From: Bacteroidota bacterium
Lineage (GTDB): Bacteria; Bacteroidota; Bacteroidia; Bacteroidales; FEN-979
Assembly (NCBI GenBank): GCA_026391795.1
Contig: JAPLDI010000033.1
Span: 1,598-65,597, forward strand
DNA: 64,000 bases
Reading direction: 5' to 3'
Shown: positions 62,990 through 64,000 of the stretch, in pieces
Position numbering within the stretch: position 1 is the first letter of the stretch
Layout of the letters: every line of letters begins with the position of its first letter
The notes under the pieces: generated by a model
Databases searched by the model: none
Seen by the model: the letters and a program-made list of their open reading frames with translations, nothing else
Told to the model about the DNA's origin: nothing
Program-made: the position numbers and the translations under genes

Positions 62990-63057
62990 TTGTGGGAATC
63001 ATGTAAAAGAATCAAAAAGTTGTGTAACATGAACCCCCTTCGATATCCTCAACTTTG
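62990..63057 (+). promoter_or_regulatory. Composite GTAAC-type promoter (l), upstream of the OmpA-like lipoprotein (divergent from k)
   Basis: TTGTGGGAATCATGTAAA 62990-63007. GTAAC 63024-63028. TTTG 63054-63057. Confidence 0.7.
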
Positions 63058-63088
63058 CCGTATAATATTCACTTAAAGAAAAAGTAAA

Positions 63089-63886
63089 ATGAAAAAAACA
63101 CTCTCCTTGCTTGCATCCTCAACACTGATCACTGGCCTGCTGTTGTCTTCATGTGTGTCAAGTAAGAAATTTCAGGCGTCTGAAGCCAATGTCGACAGGC
63201 TGCAAAAGGAAAATACCAGCGCTCTCGGCCGTTTGAACGATTGCAATACGCAGGTTAAAAAGCTGAATGATGAAAAATCAGCCCTTCAGAATGAAAATGC
63301 CGCGGTTCAAAGCGACCTGAATGTCCTGAGCGCAGAAACAAAGATGACCATTGCCGACCAGGCCAAACGGTTAAAGAGTTTACAGGGGATGATCCAGGCA
63401 CAGAAGGACGTGATGAACAAACTTAAAAATTCAATCGCCGATGCGCTGATGAATTATAAAACAGATGAGTTGTCGGTTTACATTAAGGATGGAAACGTTT
63501 ATGTTTCACTTGAGGAAAAACTGCTGTTCAAATCGGGCAGCGATGTTGTTGATCCCAAAGGAAAAGAAGCACTGAAAACGCTTGCAGGAGTGCTTAACAG
63601 CACAAGGGACGTAACCGTGATGATTGAAGGTCATACCGATAATGTTCCCATCAAGACAAAACAATTCAAGGATAACTGGGATCTCAGTACGGCAAGGGCA
63701 ACCTCCATTCTGCGTATCCTGACAACGGACTATGGGTTTGCCCCGAACCGGATAACAGCTTCAGGGAGAGGCGAATTTCATCCCGTGAAATCAAATGACA
63801 CCGCTGAAGGTCGTGCTGCCAACCGCAGAACAGAGATCATCTTGTCACCGGATCTCAGCGAGCTTTATAAGCTTTTAAACCAATAA
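63089..63886 (+). CDS. OmpA/MotB-family lipoprotein with a coiled-coil N-terminal region
   Basis: LLSSC lipobox, coiled coil, then IEGHTDNVP...NWDLSTARATSI...AANRRTEI. Confidence 0.85.
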   Translation: MKKTLSLLASSTLITGLLLSSCVSSKKFQASEANVDRLQKENTSALGRLNDCNTQVKKLNDEKSALQNENAAVQSDLNVLSAETKMTIADQAKRLKSLQGMIQAQKDVMNKLKNSIADALMNYKTDELSVYIKDGNVYVSLEEKLLFKSGSDVVDPKGKEALKTLAGVLNSTRDVTVMIEGHTDNVPIKTKQFKDNWDLSTARATSILRILTTDYGFAPNRITASGRGEFHPVKSNDTAEGRAANRRTEIILSPDLSELYKLLNQ

Positions 63887-63903
63887 GGAAGAAAAAGAAG
63901 TCG

Positions 63904-63931
63904 TGACGCGTAACGCGTAACGCGTGACGCG
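63904..63931. repeat. (ACGCGTN)-family heptamer tract
   Basis: TGACGCG TAACGCG TAACGCG TGACGCG, 18 nt after the OmpA-like stop. Confidence 0.85.
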
Positions 63932-64000
63932 ATATGCCTGAACATTTCGCCTTAGATTCTGCACTGTTAACACCAGCACCCCGTCTGTAAAAATCAGCGG

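Noticed and set aside
864-63931. Whether the short tandem tracts could be CRISPR arrays.
   Set aside because: The periods are 7-13 nt with no unique spacers, the arrays are under 100 nt, and no cas genes are present.
1-64000. Search for mobile elements, tRNA/rRNA genes, defence systems, or prophage or integron signatures that would mark the right-hand island as horizontally acquired.
   Set aside because: I recognised no integrase, transposase or recombinase motifs, no tRNA-like cloverleaf candidates in intergenic regions, and no direct-repeat borders. Absence cannot be proven by eye.

Overview
This 64-kb window looks like chromosomal DNA from a Bacteroidota bacterium. The evidence is eight secreted proteins with T9SS C-terminal sorting domains, TAnnTTTG-type -7 promoter boxes, and few Shine-Dalgarno sites. 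I saw no rRNA, tRNA, CRISPR array, transposase, integrase or phage genes. All family assignments come from motifs read in the translations; no database search was possible.

Nt 1-28,700 mainly encode T9SS cargo: BNR/Ycf48-like propellers, a WDG-repeat protein and a CarboxypepD_reg-repeat protein. The same stretch holds a frameshifted cNMP-binding/aspartate ammonia-lyase fusion, an operon with an FGE-sulfatase/OmpA fusion, a DEAD-box helicase and an NhaD-type antiporter.

Nt 28,800-63,900 form a stress and envelope island. It contains two small AraC-type regulators, a hybrid histidine kinase / receiver / PAS module, and cupin, CsbD and lmo0937-like small membrane proteins. It also has a tandem ice-binding (DUF3494) T9SS protein, CbpA/CbpM, MgtA, MlaEFD, a BamA-like OMP, two PAP2 phosphatases, a DUF748-like protein and OmpA-like proteins.

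The main finding is a rigidly spaced composite promoter present 12 times in this island: distal box TGTG[T/G]GAATnATGTAAC, N16, GTAAC, N25, TTTG. It is often followed by a GTGrA-N6-TTCAC palindrome at the predicted transcription start. One copy sits in front of the AraC-HK-RR-PAS operon. Together these suggest a dedicated general-stress-like regulon that, to my knowledge, has not been described.

The second finding is a pervasive set of short tandem tracts with a strict 7-nt period (occasionally 8 nt) in intergenic DNA. It includes an (ACGCGTN)n family at nine gene 3' ends and several perfect microsatellites in leaders or intercistronic gaps.

Three genes are interrupted: two by frameshifts and one by an in-frame TAG.
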